Shown in pieces: positions 9,255 through 18,789 of a stretch of DNA of 64,000 nucleotides. The notes beneath the pieces are model-generated. The model searched no databases. It was given only the letters and a program-made list of their open reading frames with translations, and had not been told where the DNA came from. Positions within the stretch are counted from its first letter, which is position 1, and every line of letters begins with the position of its first letter. The translations under genes were made by a program, and so were the position numbers. This DNA comes from Candidatus Kryptoniota bacterium (lineage in GTDB: Bacteria > Bacteroidota > Ignavibacteria > Kryptoniales > Kryptoniaceae), in NCBI GenBank assembly GCA_938074445.1, contig CALJEK010000022.1, forward strand, positions 33,444-97,443. Reading direction: 5' to 3'.

Positions 9255-10043
9255 TTGATTCTAAGGGTTAAAAATTTATCAGTTTATTTTTTCCTTCAGG
9301 ATAGGGTGATCAAGGCAGTTGACGATGTTTCTATTGAAGTAAATGAGGGTGAAGTCGTTGCCATTGTTGGGGAGTCAGGAAGTGGGAAAAGCGTCACCGC
9401 TCTTTCAATAATTAACTTAATTGAGCCACCCGGGAGGATTGTCAGTGGTGAAATCTTATGGCAAGGAGAAGTTAATATGCTAAAATTAAGTGAACAAGAA
9501 TTAAGAAAAATCAGGGGGAAAGAAATTGGTGTAATTTTTCAGGATGTGACAAATTCTTTGAATCCAGTTTTGACCGTTGGGAAACAGGTTAGCGAAGTTT
9601 TTGAGATATGGTTGGGGGCTGATAAAAAGTCAGCGATGAGCAAAGTTTTAGAACTCTTTGAGAAAATTGGAATAAGGGAACCAGAAAAAGTATATCATCT
9701 TTACCCCCATCAGCTCTCGGGCGGATTAAGGCAAAGAATTTTAATCGCAATGGCTTTTGCCCCAAGACCAAAACTTGTAATTGCTGACGAACCGACATCG
9801 TTTGTTGATGCTTTAACCCAAAATCAAATACTTGACTTAATAAAATCTTTCCAAAGTGAGTTCAAAACCTCAGTTCTTTTGATAACCCACAGTTTTGGGG
9901 TTGTCAATGAAATCGCAAGTCGTGTTTATGTGATGCGAAAAGGAAAAATCTTGGAAAGTGGCACCGTCGTTGAAATTTTATCAAATCCCAAACATCCTTA
10001 TACACAGAAATTGATAGAATCAGCAAAGTTTTTATCGATTTAA
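9255..10043 (+). CDS. ABC transporter ATP-binding protein, OppD/DppD-like
   Basis: Walker A GESGSGKS, signature LSGGLRQR, Walker B LVIADEPTS and an NPKHPYTQKLI tail. TTG start. No permease or binding-protein gene is adjacent. Confidence 0.8.
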   Translation: MILRVKNLSVYFFLQDRVIKAVDDVSIEVNEGEVVAIVGESGSGKSVTALSIINLIEPPGRIVSGEILWQGEVNMLKLSEQELRKIRGKEIGVIFQDVTNSLNPVLTVGKQVSEVFEIWLGADKKSAMSKVLELFEKIGIREPEKVYHLYPHQLSGGLRQRILIAMAFAPRPKLVIADEPTSFVDALTQNQILDLIKSFQSEFKTSVLLITHSFGVVNEIASRVYVMRKGKILESGTVVEILSNPKHPYTQKLIESAKFLSI

Positions 10044-10047
10044 AAAC

Positions 10048-10833
10048 TTACTTGAGCACAGTTACATCCCCGGATGAAAGTTTAACGATTCTTGAGTTAT
10101 CATCTTCTAACAAAAGAAATCCCATATCGTCAACATCGACAGCTTTACCAGTTATCACTTTTCCAGATTGTATTAACTTTATTTCTTTACCGAGCATTTC
10201 ACATCTTTTTTTCCACCTCTCAAGCACGGATTTAAAATCGTTATCTTTATTCAGATTTTCGTACTCAATTTCAAATTGCCGAAGGATATCTTTGACAATC
10301 TCGGCTCTGTCGTAAATTTTACCAGTTGAAAGATACAGCGAAGTTGCATGGTCCTGAAGTTCTCGAGGAAATTCACTTTGATTTACATTTATCCCGATTC
10401 CAAGTATGACGAAATCACCTTTTTCAACGGTTATCGACGCTTCCATTAAGATTCCGCAAAATTTTTTGCCATTTATAAGCAAATCGTTGGGCCATTTTGT
10501 CGTGACTTTAACGCCTATGTTTTTCTCAATCGATTCCGCAACAGCGACGGCAGATAGAAAAGGGAAGATGGAAAATTTTTCTAACGGGATTTTGGGTCGT
10601 AGGATTATGGACATCAGTATATTTTCCCCTGGGTTTGCTTTCCACACCCTTCCAAATCTTCCTCGCCCGTGTGATTGATAATCTGCTATTACTACTGTCC
10701 CCTCCGGCTCATCCCTTTCTGCGATTCTTTTTGCGTAATCCATTGTTGATCTTATGCTTTTAAAGAAAAAAATCCTTTGTCCAAAAATTTTTGTTCCGAG
10801 GTTTATTGAGATTGTTTTTTCGTTAAACTCCAT
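10048..10833 (-). CDS. birA: Biotin--[acetyl-CoA-carboxylase] ligase, class I (no HTH)
   Basis: 261 aa. Biotin-binding loop QSHGRGRFGRVW and KWPNDLL. Confidence 0.85.
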   Translation of the reverse strand: MEFNEKTISINLGTKIFGQRIFFFKSIRSTMDYAKRIAERDEPEGTVVIADYQSHGRGRFGRVWKANPGENILMSIILRPKIPLEKFSIFPFLSAVAVAESIEKNIGVKVTTKWPNDLLINGKKFCGILMEASITVEKGDFVILGIGINVNQSEFPRELQDHATSLYLSTGKIYDRAEIVKDILRQFEIEYENLNKDNDFKSVLERWKKRCEMLGKEIKLIQSGKVITGKAVDVDDMGFLLLEDDNSRIVKLSSGDVTVLK

Positions 10834-10849
10834 CGAAATAAAAATTTCA

Positions 10850-13030
10850 TCATTTGGTTTGCATTACAAATACACCAGTCCAATTTGGAGGAGGGGATGA
10901 CTCTTTAAAATATAGGCAACGCTGGATATATAGTTTACATGTGAAATCATTTGGGTATATTTCAAGAGCTTTTGTGAACTTGTCAATCGCTTCATCCCAT
11001 TCCCTTGAGCGATAAAGTTCAAGCGCGTTGTGATAAATTTCTAAAAATTTTTCCATTTCTTTGGGCAAGGTATCACCAATTGGGGCGATCAACTCATAAA
11101 CTCTAACTGGTTCCGTCTTTCCTTTAACGACGAGAAGATCAAGTTCTCTGAAGATAAATTTATCTTTAACTTTCTCATAAGTTGATTCTCCAACCATGAT
11201 GTTTGTTCCATATTCTTTATTTGCGCCTTCGAGTCTGGAGGCAAGATTGACATCATCTCCAACGACAGTGTAATTAAACTTAATTTTTGAGCCCATATTC
11301 CCAACTATCACTTTGCCGGTGTTAATTCCGATTCTCATCTTTATTTCTGGTCTCTTGAGTTTTTTCCATTTTTCGCGCAGTTCCTTTAATTTTTCCTGCA
11401 TTTCAAGTGCGGTGATGCAGGCGTTATAAGCATGATTTTCATCCGGCACAGGGGCTCCCCAGAAAGCCATTATCGCATCGCCTATGTATTTATCTATTGT
11501 GCCCTTATTTTTGAATATGATAAGAGAGAGTTCATCAAGCAACTCATTAAGCAATGTAACAAGTTGATGTGGTGTTAACTTTTCACTTATTGTAGTAAAA
11601 CCTTGAATGTCGCTGAATAAAATTGTAAGCTCCCTCTCTTCACCACCAAGAGCCATAAGCTCAGGGTTTTCAATAAGTTTATCGACAACAGATGCATCAA
11701 CATATTTTTCAAACATGCTTCTTATTTGCTGCTTTTGCTTATTTTCTCTGAAGGTTAAAAAGCTTACCGACGATATATAACATATCAGAATTCCAAATAT
11801 CGGCTCAGCATTATAAAACCATCGCAAAAATTGTGTGAACGAAAGGAAGGAAAAAGCGAAGTATCCGATTAAAATTGCAATTGTCAAAATTAAACTATTG
11901 CGAAATTTCGTCACAAAACCGGATATTCCCACTATCATCGTTAAAATTACCAGTATAAAAATTTGAACGCGCCAGCTCACGGGGCGTATGAAACTTTTAG
12001 ATACAATGGTGTTAAACACATTTGCATGAATAAAAATGTTTGGCGATTTTTCTGAAAATGGGTTTGGTCCAAGGTCCCCGAGCGAGCGCGCTGTCGGTCC
12101 AATTATTACAATTGCATTTTTAAATTGTGAAAGAAACTCACGGTCACCTTTGATCCCAGCTTCAATTACCTTATAAAGTGAAACTTGCCTAAAGATTGTG
12201 TCGGGTCCGGCATAGTTTATAAAGAGTTCAGATTTTAAACTCGTTGGAATTTTAAAACCGTCAAAATCAAAAATTATTTCGTTTCTCTTTCTAATGATGT
12301 TAACTTTTTTATAATCAATCCCGAGATATTCAAACGCAAGGACAAGCCCAAGCGATGGATAGATTCTCCCAGCGTATTCAACAAAGAGCGGAATACGACG
12401 CTGAACCCCATCAAATGGATCGGGCAAAATCGCAACATGTCCAATCCCAGCTGAAGCCTCAACAAGTTCGTCAAAAGACTTTCCCGCAAATGTGACAGAA
12501 CGATGAAAGTATTGATTTAATTCAGGCTGAATTTGAACTCCCCAATGTTTAACTTTATAGTGAACAAGGCTATCAATGTAGAAATCAACCTCAGTGTCAC
12601 TTATCCCTGATGGTCGATATGGTCCAACTGCAAGAAACACATTTGAGTGTGCAGCTGAGTAAACGAGAAGGTTATTAGAATTTTCATCGCTTTGCTTGTT
12701 TAAAAAAAGGTCTATACCTATAGCCTTTGCACCAGCCTCGGTCATATAATATATTGCCTGAGCAGTAATGCTGTGCGGAATGGGATAATTAAAATCAATA
12801 AGCTCTCGTTCGTCAATTTTGACAATTATTAAATTTGGATTTGGAAGAGTGGAACCCCGAGTTTTGAACATCATATCAAGAGATTTATATTCAAGAGCCT
12901 TAAAGAATCCCCCGAAGATATCAGTCTTAAATAAAGCAAGCGTTAGAATGATCGAAATTGTTGCGAAAAGTATTCCAAAAGGAGCATATTGAATTCTTTT
13001 CTTGTTGAAAAATCGCATCTTCTTTGTCAA
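10850..13030 (-). CDS. CHASE2-domain class III adenylate/guanylate cyclase with a C-terminal TPR-like tail
   Basis: 726 aa: N-terminal TM, a large extracytoplasmic region, three TM helices, then a cyclase core (LTILFSDIQGFTTISE, KYIGDAIMAFWGAP, NLASRLE). Confidence 0.85.
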   Translation of the reverse strand: MTKKMRFFNKKRIQYAPFGILFATISIILTLALFKTDIFGGFFKALEYKSLDMMFKTRGSTLPNPNLIIVKIDERELIDFNYPIPHSITAQAIYYMTEAGAKAIGIDLFLNKQSDENSNNLLVYSAAHSNVFLAVGPYRPSGISDTEVDFYIDSLVHYKVKHWGVQIQPELNQYFHRSVTFAGKSFDELVEASAGIGHVAILPDPFDGVQRRIPLFVEYAGRIYPSLGLVLAFEYLGIDYKKVNIIRKRNEIIFDFDGFKIPTSLKSELFINYAGPDTIFRQVSLYKVIEAGIKGDREFLSQFKNAIVIIGPTARSLGDLGPNPFSEKSPNIFIHANVFNTIVSKSFIRPVSWRVQIFILVILTMIVGISGFVTKFRNSLILTIAILIGYFAFSFLSFTQFLRWFYNAEPIFGILICYISSVSFLTFRENKQKQQIRSMFEKYVDASVVDKLIENPELMALGGEERELTILFSDIQGFTTISEKLTPHQLVTLLNELLDELSLIIFKNKGTIDKYIGDAIMAFWGAPVPDENHAYNACITALEMQEKLKELREKWKKLKRPEIKMRIGINTGKVIVGNMGSKIKFNYTVVGDDVNLASRLEGANKEYGTNIMVGESTYEKVKDKFIFRELDLLVVKGKTEPVRVYELIAPIGDTLPKEMEKFLEIYHNALELYRSREWDEAIDKFTKALEIYPNDFTCKLYIQRCLYFKESSPPPNWTGVFVMQTK

Positions 13031-13153
13031 AAAATTTTATGCTGAAATTCGAACTCACATAAATTTAAACTTGATAATCTAAAACTCAAAATATAGTTTC
13101 AGCTGTTAACTTATCCGTAGCCCAAGGCAGATGAAGATGGGTTCTCAAATGTG

Positions 13154-15712
13154 TTAAAATTTCCAGTAAAGCAACGATTTAACTGTCTGCAATTGGGTTG
13201 GATCTGCTCCCCTTCTCCCTCCAAACACAAAAACATTCTGTCCTTTTTCAAAAATTTCTTCTTTCTTGTACTCCCTTCCCTTTTTGGTTTGCTGTGCTGA
13301 TGTTTTTGAAGCTTCCTGAATTAGCTTTTTCAGTTCCTCCTTTGAAATTTGTCTCTTTGATATATCTTTCTTTTCAGCTGCGACTTCCCCAAGTTCCCTT
13401 AAGATATCTTCAATGCCAAGAATCTCATATGCTTTATCTGGTGATTCAAATTTTGATATCGCAAGTTCAAAAAATTGCTTCGCTGTTTCTAGATCGTCAT
13501 TCAAGTATAGTAAGAGTCCGGTGTTAAGATATACACCACCATCGTTGGGATCAAGGTCTGTGCTTTTTCTGTAAAATTCCAACGCTTTTTGCGGTTCGTT
13601 TCTTAGGAAATAAATGTTTCCGAGTGAATTGTAGGTTATCGAACTCGAAAACTTTGAAATGAATTTTTCAGCCTCATCATATTTATCAAAGAGAACGAAA
13701 ATTTTAGCAAGCTTATTCATAGAAATTTCATCTCCCTGATTGGCGAGCGACTTAACCACATCGCTTAATGTTTTTTTATAAATTTCCACAAACGCCGAAA
13801 TATCATCTTGCGTCTTCGAAGCAACCATGGATATGTCGGGTCTGGTTTGCGGTTTAGCTAACCCTTCAACATTTACAGATGGGAAATATTTCCATCCTTT
13901 GTGTGTATCTATGATGTAAACATTCCCGCTCTTTATAAGAGATAAATCAGCCTTTGGGTCAGTTTTGATTCTTCCCTCACCATTGAGCTTGTAGTATTGC
14001 TCAGCGCCAGTTTTCCACGCGGTCGCAAATGGCTCAGTTATAAGTGTCGTTTCAATCGGAAGCCACACATTGCCATCATAAATTATGTAATCATACTGAT
14101 TTAAACTTACAAGATGGGCGTTCTTGTATGGTATCCCTGTGTCAAACATCATAAAGATATGATCAGAGGTTAAGATAAAAGCTGTTCTAATCCCGACGCT
14201 TTCAAGTAAAGATGCCAGCAAAATTGCATGATCATCGCAGTCCCCGGTTTTGTAATAGAGAAGTTCTCTTGGGAAATAAACATTGTCAAGTATTTCGTTC
14301 CCAGCAACTTTCCATGGATCGGATACATATTTTATACCATATGTGCGAACCGAATTGTAAATAACCATAGCGTTGAAAATATTCCTCGGCAAATTCTGAT
14401 TAGTTATATTCACTGAGCCAAGAACAAACCTTGCGAATTCTTTGACAACTTCATCATTTGGCGTTACAAAGGAACAAACGGACTCAGGAGTTCTCCACGA
14501 GATTGCGTTGCGGTTATAAATTGTAACTGGTTTTGTCAAACTCCTTTCCTGAGTTTTGCCCCCAACTATATAACTGATTTTAGCTTGCGCTTGAGAAGTT
14601 ATGTTTTCACTTAATTTTAAAAGTGAAAAAATATCAAGAGTCACAGGGATTGAGATTGTTTCTTTGGAGTTTGGATTTATTTTGGGTAAGATAATTTCAC
14701 TTGGCATTTTCATAAATTCTGGGATTAAAACTGAAACCTTAACATTTCTAACTTCGCTCTTTGAAGAATTTTCAACGATTATTTTTCCGATTGGATTAGT
14801 TGCGTAAAAGTTATATTGCGATGGGAAGATTGGAAGAATTGAAAAATCGGTTATAACAAGAGATACTTCACCAACAGTTGCCTTTGCTTCTGTTTCCTTT
14901 TCGGGTGGTGATAGAGTTAATCGCTTTGGAGTAAATCTGACGATTTTTAACTTTCCGTAATTTGCAAGTTCTTTTCTAAATTGATCTTCGCCAGCAATCA
15001 AAGCATCAAATACCAAAACGTTTGTATCGAAAAACTTATATTTTAACGCTTTGATCGACGGGATAAACTTTTGAAGTTCTGCCTCAATTTGCATCGCTTT
15101 ATCTTGAGATATACCGTAAACCGCAATTTCAAATTTTTTAATTTGTTGCTCTTCCTTTATCCTTTCTTTGATTTTTGCTACAACATTTTTGCCGACTTTA
15201 TTGGCAAGAGATCTGAATAATGAATTAACCGCCCCTCTCTTATCCTGCCCAAATTTTCTATCGCTTGCAGTTATTGAGCCTATCAATTCGCCAGTGTCTG
15301 TGTAAATTATTTTTATATCAACTTGTCCTGTGTATTTATGTTGTTTCACATCGTAGAATTCTGACTCGCCACCATATTCCGCGCTTGCATAGCCGAGAAC
15401 TATGATCTCTGCTCCGAAGCGATTTTCATATTCTTTAGATTTTTCTGGATTTCCCTCCGCTTGTTCAAGTTCCTTTGCCCTTATGCTTTGAAATGTGTGG
15501 TAATCAATTACTTTGAAACCTTCTTTCAGCAATTCATTTTCAATTCTGGATGCAATTGTTCTTGTGTCTGTGAAATTACCATCTACAAATTCGTCAATCA
15601 CAACCATGACCTCAGGCTGAGTCATCCGCTTAATTGCTTTTTCAACATCTTGCGAAAAAAGGAATGAATAAAGTAGGGTTAAAATAAGTCCAAAATATGA
15701 AATCTTTCTCAT
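13154..15712 (-). CDS. Secreted multidomain protein: CsgG/LpoB-like N-domain, beta-sandwich, transglutaminase-like Cys-protease core, C-terminal TPR
   Basis: 852 aa with a signal peptide (LILTLLYSFLFSQ). Transglutaminase-like triad context YKTGDCDDHAILLASLLESVGIR ... SDHIFMMFD. TPR-like repeats (ALEFYRKSTDLDPND). Confidence 0.6.
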   Translation of the reverse strand: MRKISYFGLILTLLYSFLFSQDVEKAIKRMTQPEVMVVIDEFVDGNFTDTRTIASRIENELLKEGFKVIDYHTFQSIRAKELEQAEGNPEKSKEYENRFGAEIIVLGYASAEYGGESEFYDVKQHKYTGQVDIKIIYTDTGELIGSITASDRKFGQDKRGAVNSLFRSLANKVGKNVVAKIKERIKEEQQIKKFEIAVYGISQDKAMQIEAELQKFIPSIKALKYKFFDTNVLVFDALIAGEDQFRKELANYGKLKIVRFTPKRLTLSPPEKETEAKATVGEVSLVITDFSILPIFPSQYNFYATNPIGKIIVENSSKSEVRNVKVSVLIPEFMKMPSEIILPKINPNSKETISIPVTLDIFSLLKLSENITSQAQAKISYIVGGKTQERSLTKPVTIYNRNAISWRTPESVCSFVTPNDEVVKEFARFVLGSVNITNQNLPRNIFNAMVIYNSVRTYGIKYVSDPWKVAGNEILDNVYFPRELLYYKTGDCDDHAILLASLLESVGIRTAFILTSDHIFMMFDTGIPYKNAHLVSLNQYDYIIYDGNVWLPIETTLITEPFATAWKTGAEQYYKLNGEGRIKTDPKADLSLIKSGNVYIIDTHKGWKYFPSVNVEGLAKPQTRPDISMVASKTQDDISAFVEIYKKTLSDVVKSLANQGDEISMNKLAKIFVLFDKYDEAEKFISKFSSSITYNSLGNIYFLRNEPQKALEFYRKSTDLDPNDGGVYLNTGLLLYLNDDLETAKQFFELAISKFESPDKAYEILGIEDILRELGEVAAEKKDISKRQISKEELKKLIQEASKTSAQQTKKGREYKKEEIFEKGQNVFVFGGRRGADPTQLQTVKSLLYWKF

Positions 15713-15751
15713 GATTTGACCTCACGAATTAATTTTTACCTACCTGTATTA

Positions 15752-15780
15752 ATTTTAAGTAATTTGAGAACAAATATCAA
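15752..15780 (-). promoter_or_regulatory. Candidate sigma-70-type promoter (TTGATA-17-TAAAAT) for the 852-aa gene
   Basis: On the minus strand, TTGATA at 15780-15775 and TAAAAT at 15757-15752, about 40 nt upstream of the ATG. Confidence 0.4.
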
Positions 15781-15810
15781 GCCCCCCGAAAGATTAAGTG
15801 ATATAAATCA

Positions 15811-15841
15811 AAAATAAAAAAGCGACCCTTTTGAGGTCGCC
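15811..15841 (-). terminator. Rho-independent terminator after the Fur-family gene
   Basis: GCGACC-cttttga-GGTCGC hairpin. An A-rich tract on the plus side gives a U-tract on the minus transcript. Confidence 0.75.
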
Positions 15842-15843
15842 TT

Positions 15844-16248
15844 TCAATTTTGGTTTGATTCATCCGTTAAACATTTATCGCAAATTCCAAATATGTCCAA
15901 TTTTATAAATTTAACTTTAAAATTTTTCCCTATGAGAGAAGTCTCAAGGTTCAAGTTTTTATCTTGAATTGGCAAATCATACACAGAGTTGCATTTTAGA
16001 CAGATAAAATGATGATGAGGTTCGAGATTTGCGTCGTATCTTGCGCTTGAAGAGCCGTGAATCGTCACCTCTCGAATTAATCCTTCATCCCTCAAAAGGT
16101 TTAGATTTCTATACACGGTGCCAAGGCTTATATTAGGTATCACTTTGCGTGCTTGTTCGTAAATCCAGTCAGCAGTTGGATGTATATATGTATTTTGCAA
16201 AATTTTCAAGATCACTTCCCTTTGTTTGCTTCCTCTACGACTTGCCAT
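15844..16248 (-). CDS. Fur-family metalloregulator, PerR-like by context
   Basis: 134 aa. Winged helix (GTVYRNLNLL), HHHFICLKC and CDKC metal-site motifs. Embedded in peroxide-stress genes. Confidence 0.85.
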   Translation of the reverse strand: MASRRGSKQREVILKILQNTYIHPTADWIYEQARKVIPNISLGTVYRNLNLLRDEGLIREVTIHGSSSARYDANLEPHHHFICLKCNSVYDLPIQDKNLNLETSLIGKNFKVKFIKLDIFGICDKCLTDESNQN

Positions 16249-16262
16249 TGAGAATTAACCTC

Positions 16263-16853
16263 TTAATTTGATTCCAAATCTTTGATTAATTCTTTTCTGG
16301 TTTCTTCGCTTATTTTTGCAAATGCTTTATAGTTTGGATGCTCGATTACAAGTTTAATTTCGTTGTCGGGATTTTTAAAGTCATCAATCTGTTCAGGTTT
16401 AAATTTAAACTTTATAAAATGAACGGCACTTATTCTATCATCTTTGCTATGTCCCTCTTCAAATTCGGCGTAAATTTTATGCTTATCCCCAATTTGCAAA
16501 TAAACATAGTTGCCTTTATCAAGCCCTATAAAACTATCAAGGACAGGACGCAAAAGCTGAGGGTCATCTACCTCGATGAAAAGTGTCGCACTTAGTTCAT
16601 TTTTTTCGGGAATCAGCTCGTTGTATGTATCTACTTCAAATTTTATCTCGTTATCATCAACCATTCTTTCAGCCCTCATCATCTCTTGAATTTGGAAAAG
16701 CACAGTATCTCTATTTTCAAACACAAGTGAGACCCTATTGCCAACTTCTATCCTGCGTTTTTTCTTTAAATCAATGATGTACCTTCTGAAATCCTCTCTT
16801 ATTTTTTCATACTCGTATATATTCTTTACCTCTGAAAGTTCGATCTTTTTCAT
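16263..16853 (-). CDS. DUF3501-family protein
   Basis: 196 aa. Size and sequence pattern (RRIEVGNRVSLVFENRDTVLFQIQEMMRAE, ELSATLFIE) match my recollection of DUF3501, which typically neighbours CCG Fe-S proteins and rubrerythrin. Confidence 0.6.
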   Translation of the reverse strand: MKKIELSEVKNIYEYEKIREDFRRYIIDLKKKRRIEVGNRVSLVFENRDTVLFQIQEMMRAERMVDDNEIKFEVDTYNELIPEKNELSATLFIEVDDPQLLRPVLDSFIGLDKGNYVYLQIGDKHKIYAEFEEGHSKDDRISAVHFIKFKFKPEQIDDFKNPDNEIKLVIEHPNYKAFAKISEETRKELIKDLESN

Positions 16854-16903
16854 TTCAATTTTGAATTTTTATTTTTAGTTCAGTTTTGGCACAGTTTAAT
16901 CTT

Positions 16904-16936
16904 TAAAAAGATGGGGGCGGGAACCCCCATCTTTTA
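16904..16936 (-). terminator. Rho-independent terminator after dps
   Basis: AGATGGGGG-cgggaa-CCCCCATCT hairpin 14 nt downstream of the dps stop, flanked by A/T tracts. Confidence 0.7.
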
Positions 16937-16948
16937 TCACTTGCGCAC

Positions 16949-17422
16949 TTATGATAAAAATGATCTCAGCATCCAAGCGGTCTTTTCATGCTTTTCCATA
17001 AGTTCCGTTAAAAAGTCAGCTGTTCCAAGATCTTTATATTGCTCCTCAACAGCTACTATATCATCTCTCAAGTTTCTTATTATGGTCTCATAATCGTTTA
17101 GGAGATTAGAGATCATTGTTTTAGCGTCTGGATATTCGCCAGGATGTTCTTTTAATCTTGTTAAGTCAAGAAATTCCTTCAAAGTTGCAACCGTATTACC
17201 GCCAAGCGTCCGAATTCTTTCTGCTACATCATCGACATATTCATTCAGTTCCTCATACAGTGATTGGAAAAATTTGTGCAGATCATTAAATTGCATTCCT
17301 ACCACGTTCCAATGGTAGTTTCTAACTTTTGTGTAGAGCACATATTCATCTGCCAGTAAGGTGCTTAGAATTTTAATTACGCCTTCAAGATTTTTTTCAG
17401 TGATTCCAATATTTGGCTTCAT
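16949..17422 (-). CDS. dps: Dps (DNA starvation/stationary-phase protection, ferritin-like)
   Basis: 157 aa. LADEYVLYTKVRNYHWNV, DLHKFF and VDDVAERI ferroxidase-site pattern. Confidence 0.9.
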   Translation of the reverse strand: MKPNIGITEKNLEGVIKILSTLLADEYVLYTKVRNYHWNVVGMQFNDLHKFFQSLYEELNEYVDDVAERIRTLGGNTVATLKEFLDLTRLKEHPGEYPDAKTMISNLLNDYETIIRNLRDDIVAVEEQYKDLGTADFLTELMEKHEKTAWMLRSFLS

Positions 17423-17443
17423 GGCTTTTCCTTTATTTTGTTT

Positions 17444-18718
17444 TTATTTTTCGTTTAAACCGTATGCGTTATAAAGAATTTGAATCGGATGTAAGCCTTT
17501 TTTCCCGGTTCCTTTTTGAATTTGTAATTGCGCGAGGGTACAATCAGAGGAGACGACAAGTTTTTCTTCATCGCTCTGATTTATCTTATCAAAGATTGGC
17601 TTGCCGACCCTCATAGACATCTCGAAAAATTCTTTCTTCATACTCCAAGTTCCATCATGCCCTGAACATCTTTGAATCATTTCAACTTCAGTTCCAGGTA
17701 TCAGTTCGAGCAAATCTCGCGATTTATAACCAATGTTCTGCGCCTTGAGATGACAGGGCAAGTGGTAAATAACCTTACCTTGAGGATTTTTAAAATCTGT
17801 TTTTAATTTCCCTTCTTTATGCAGTTTCATCAAGTATTCTGAGATATCATAAGTATGTTGAGCGATCAACTTTGCGTCTTCATCATCTGGGAGAAGCATT
17901 GTGTATTCTTGTTTGAGCATATAACTACAGGTAGGTGCTGGTATCACGATATCATAGCCTTGTTTTACATACTTGATAAGTGAGTTAACATTAAACCTTG
18001 CGTTTTTAATTGCAGAGTCAATATCCCCACCGTCTAAAAAGGGCATCCCACAGCATTTTTGTTCTGGTACGATAACTTCAACTTCGTTATGTTCTAAAAC
18101 TTTTATAATTGCTTTTCCAAGTTCAGGTTCATTGTAATTGACGGTGCAGGTATAAAACAAAACAACTTTTCCATTTGTGCCTGCCTTTTTTCCGTTTTGC
18201 TTGAAGTGTTTTTTAAACCATTTTTCAAATGTTTCGCTGTGATATTCGGGCAAATTTCTTTCCCTGTGTATTCCAATTGTTTTTTCCATTAAAACTCTGC
18301 TTATTTTTAAGCGGTTCGCTAAGTTGATCAAACTTGCAAATCTGCTACTAATTTTTCCTATTAAATCAGCCTGCCCGAGAATTTTATCACGTAAAGGTAT
18401 ACCTTCCTTTTTAGCTTTTACAGCCTTCGCTCTTAACATTAACCTTGGAAAATCGAGCTCGTAGTGATGGGGTGGGGTATAAGGGCATTTTGGGAAACAA
18501 AGTTTACAATCATAGCAAAGTTCAACAACCTTGTAATAATCTTGCTTTGTTAAGTCATCAAGATTATCGGTTTCGTCAATTTTTCGGAACAAAAACTCAA
18601 AAGATGGACAGAGATTGTAGCAAAGACGACAACCATTACAAATGTCAAATATGCGGTACATTTCTTTAAAAAGGGCATCTTCATCCCAAAATTTAGGATC
18701 TTTTAAATCAAAGACCAT
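17444..18718 (-). CDS. HdrD/GlcF/GlpC-like (Fe-S)-binding oxidoreductase with CCG domains
   Basis: 424 aa. Two 4Fe-4S motifs (CNGCRLCYNLCP, CYDCKLCFPKCP) followed by Cys-rich CCG-type repeats (EQKCCGMPF, APTCSYM, LPCHLK, RCSGHDG). Confidence 0.8.
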   Translation of the reverse strand: MVFDLKDPKFWDEDALFKEMYRIFDICNGCRLCYNLCPSFEFLFRKIDETDNLDDLTKQDYYKVVELCYDCKLCFPKCPYTPPHHYELDFPRLMLRAKAVKAKKEGIPLRDKILGQADLIGKISSRFASLINLANRLKISRVLMEKTIGIHRERNLPEYHSETFEKWFKKHFKQNGKKAGTNGKVVLFYTCTVNYNEPELGKAIIKVLEHNEVEVIVPEQKCCGMPFLDGGDIDSAIKNARFNVNSLIKYVKQGYDIVIPAPTCSYMLKQEYTMLLPDDEDAKLIAQHTYDISEYLMKLHKEGKLKTDFKNPQGKVIYHLPCHLKAQNIGYKSRDLLELIPGTEVEMIQRCSGHDGTWSMKKEFFEMSMRVGKPIFDKINQSDEEKLVVSSDCTLAQLQIQKGTGKKGLHPIQILYNAYGLNEK

Positions 18719-18749
18719 ATGTGCTTTTCCTCAATTTTGTTTTGATAAA

Positions 18750-18781
18750 ATAAAAAAAGCGGGGCTTTGGGAAAGCCCCGT
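18750..18781 (-). terminator. Rho-independent terminator after rubrerythrin
   Basis: CGGGGCTTT-ggg-AAAGCCCCG hairpin. A7 on the plus strand gives U7 on the minus transcript. Confidence 0.8.
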
Positions 18782-18789
18782 TGAAAAAA

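Noticed and set aside
16887-16902. TGGCAC on the plus strand in the dps/DUF3501 intergenic region, as another possible sigma-54 site.
   Set aside because: There is no TTGC -12 element at the correct spacing (it reads TGGCAC-agttt-AATCT), and no plus-strand gene lies downstream.
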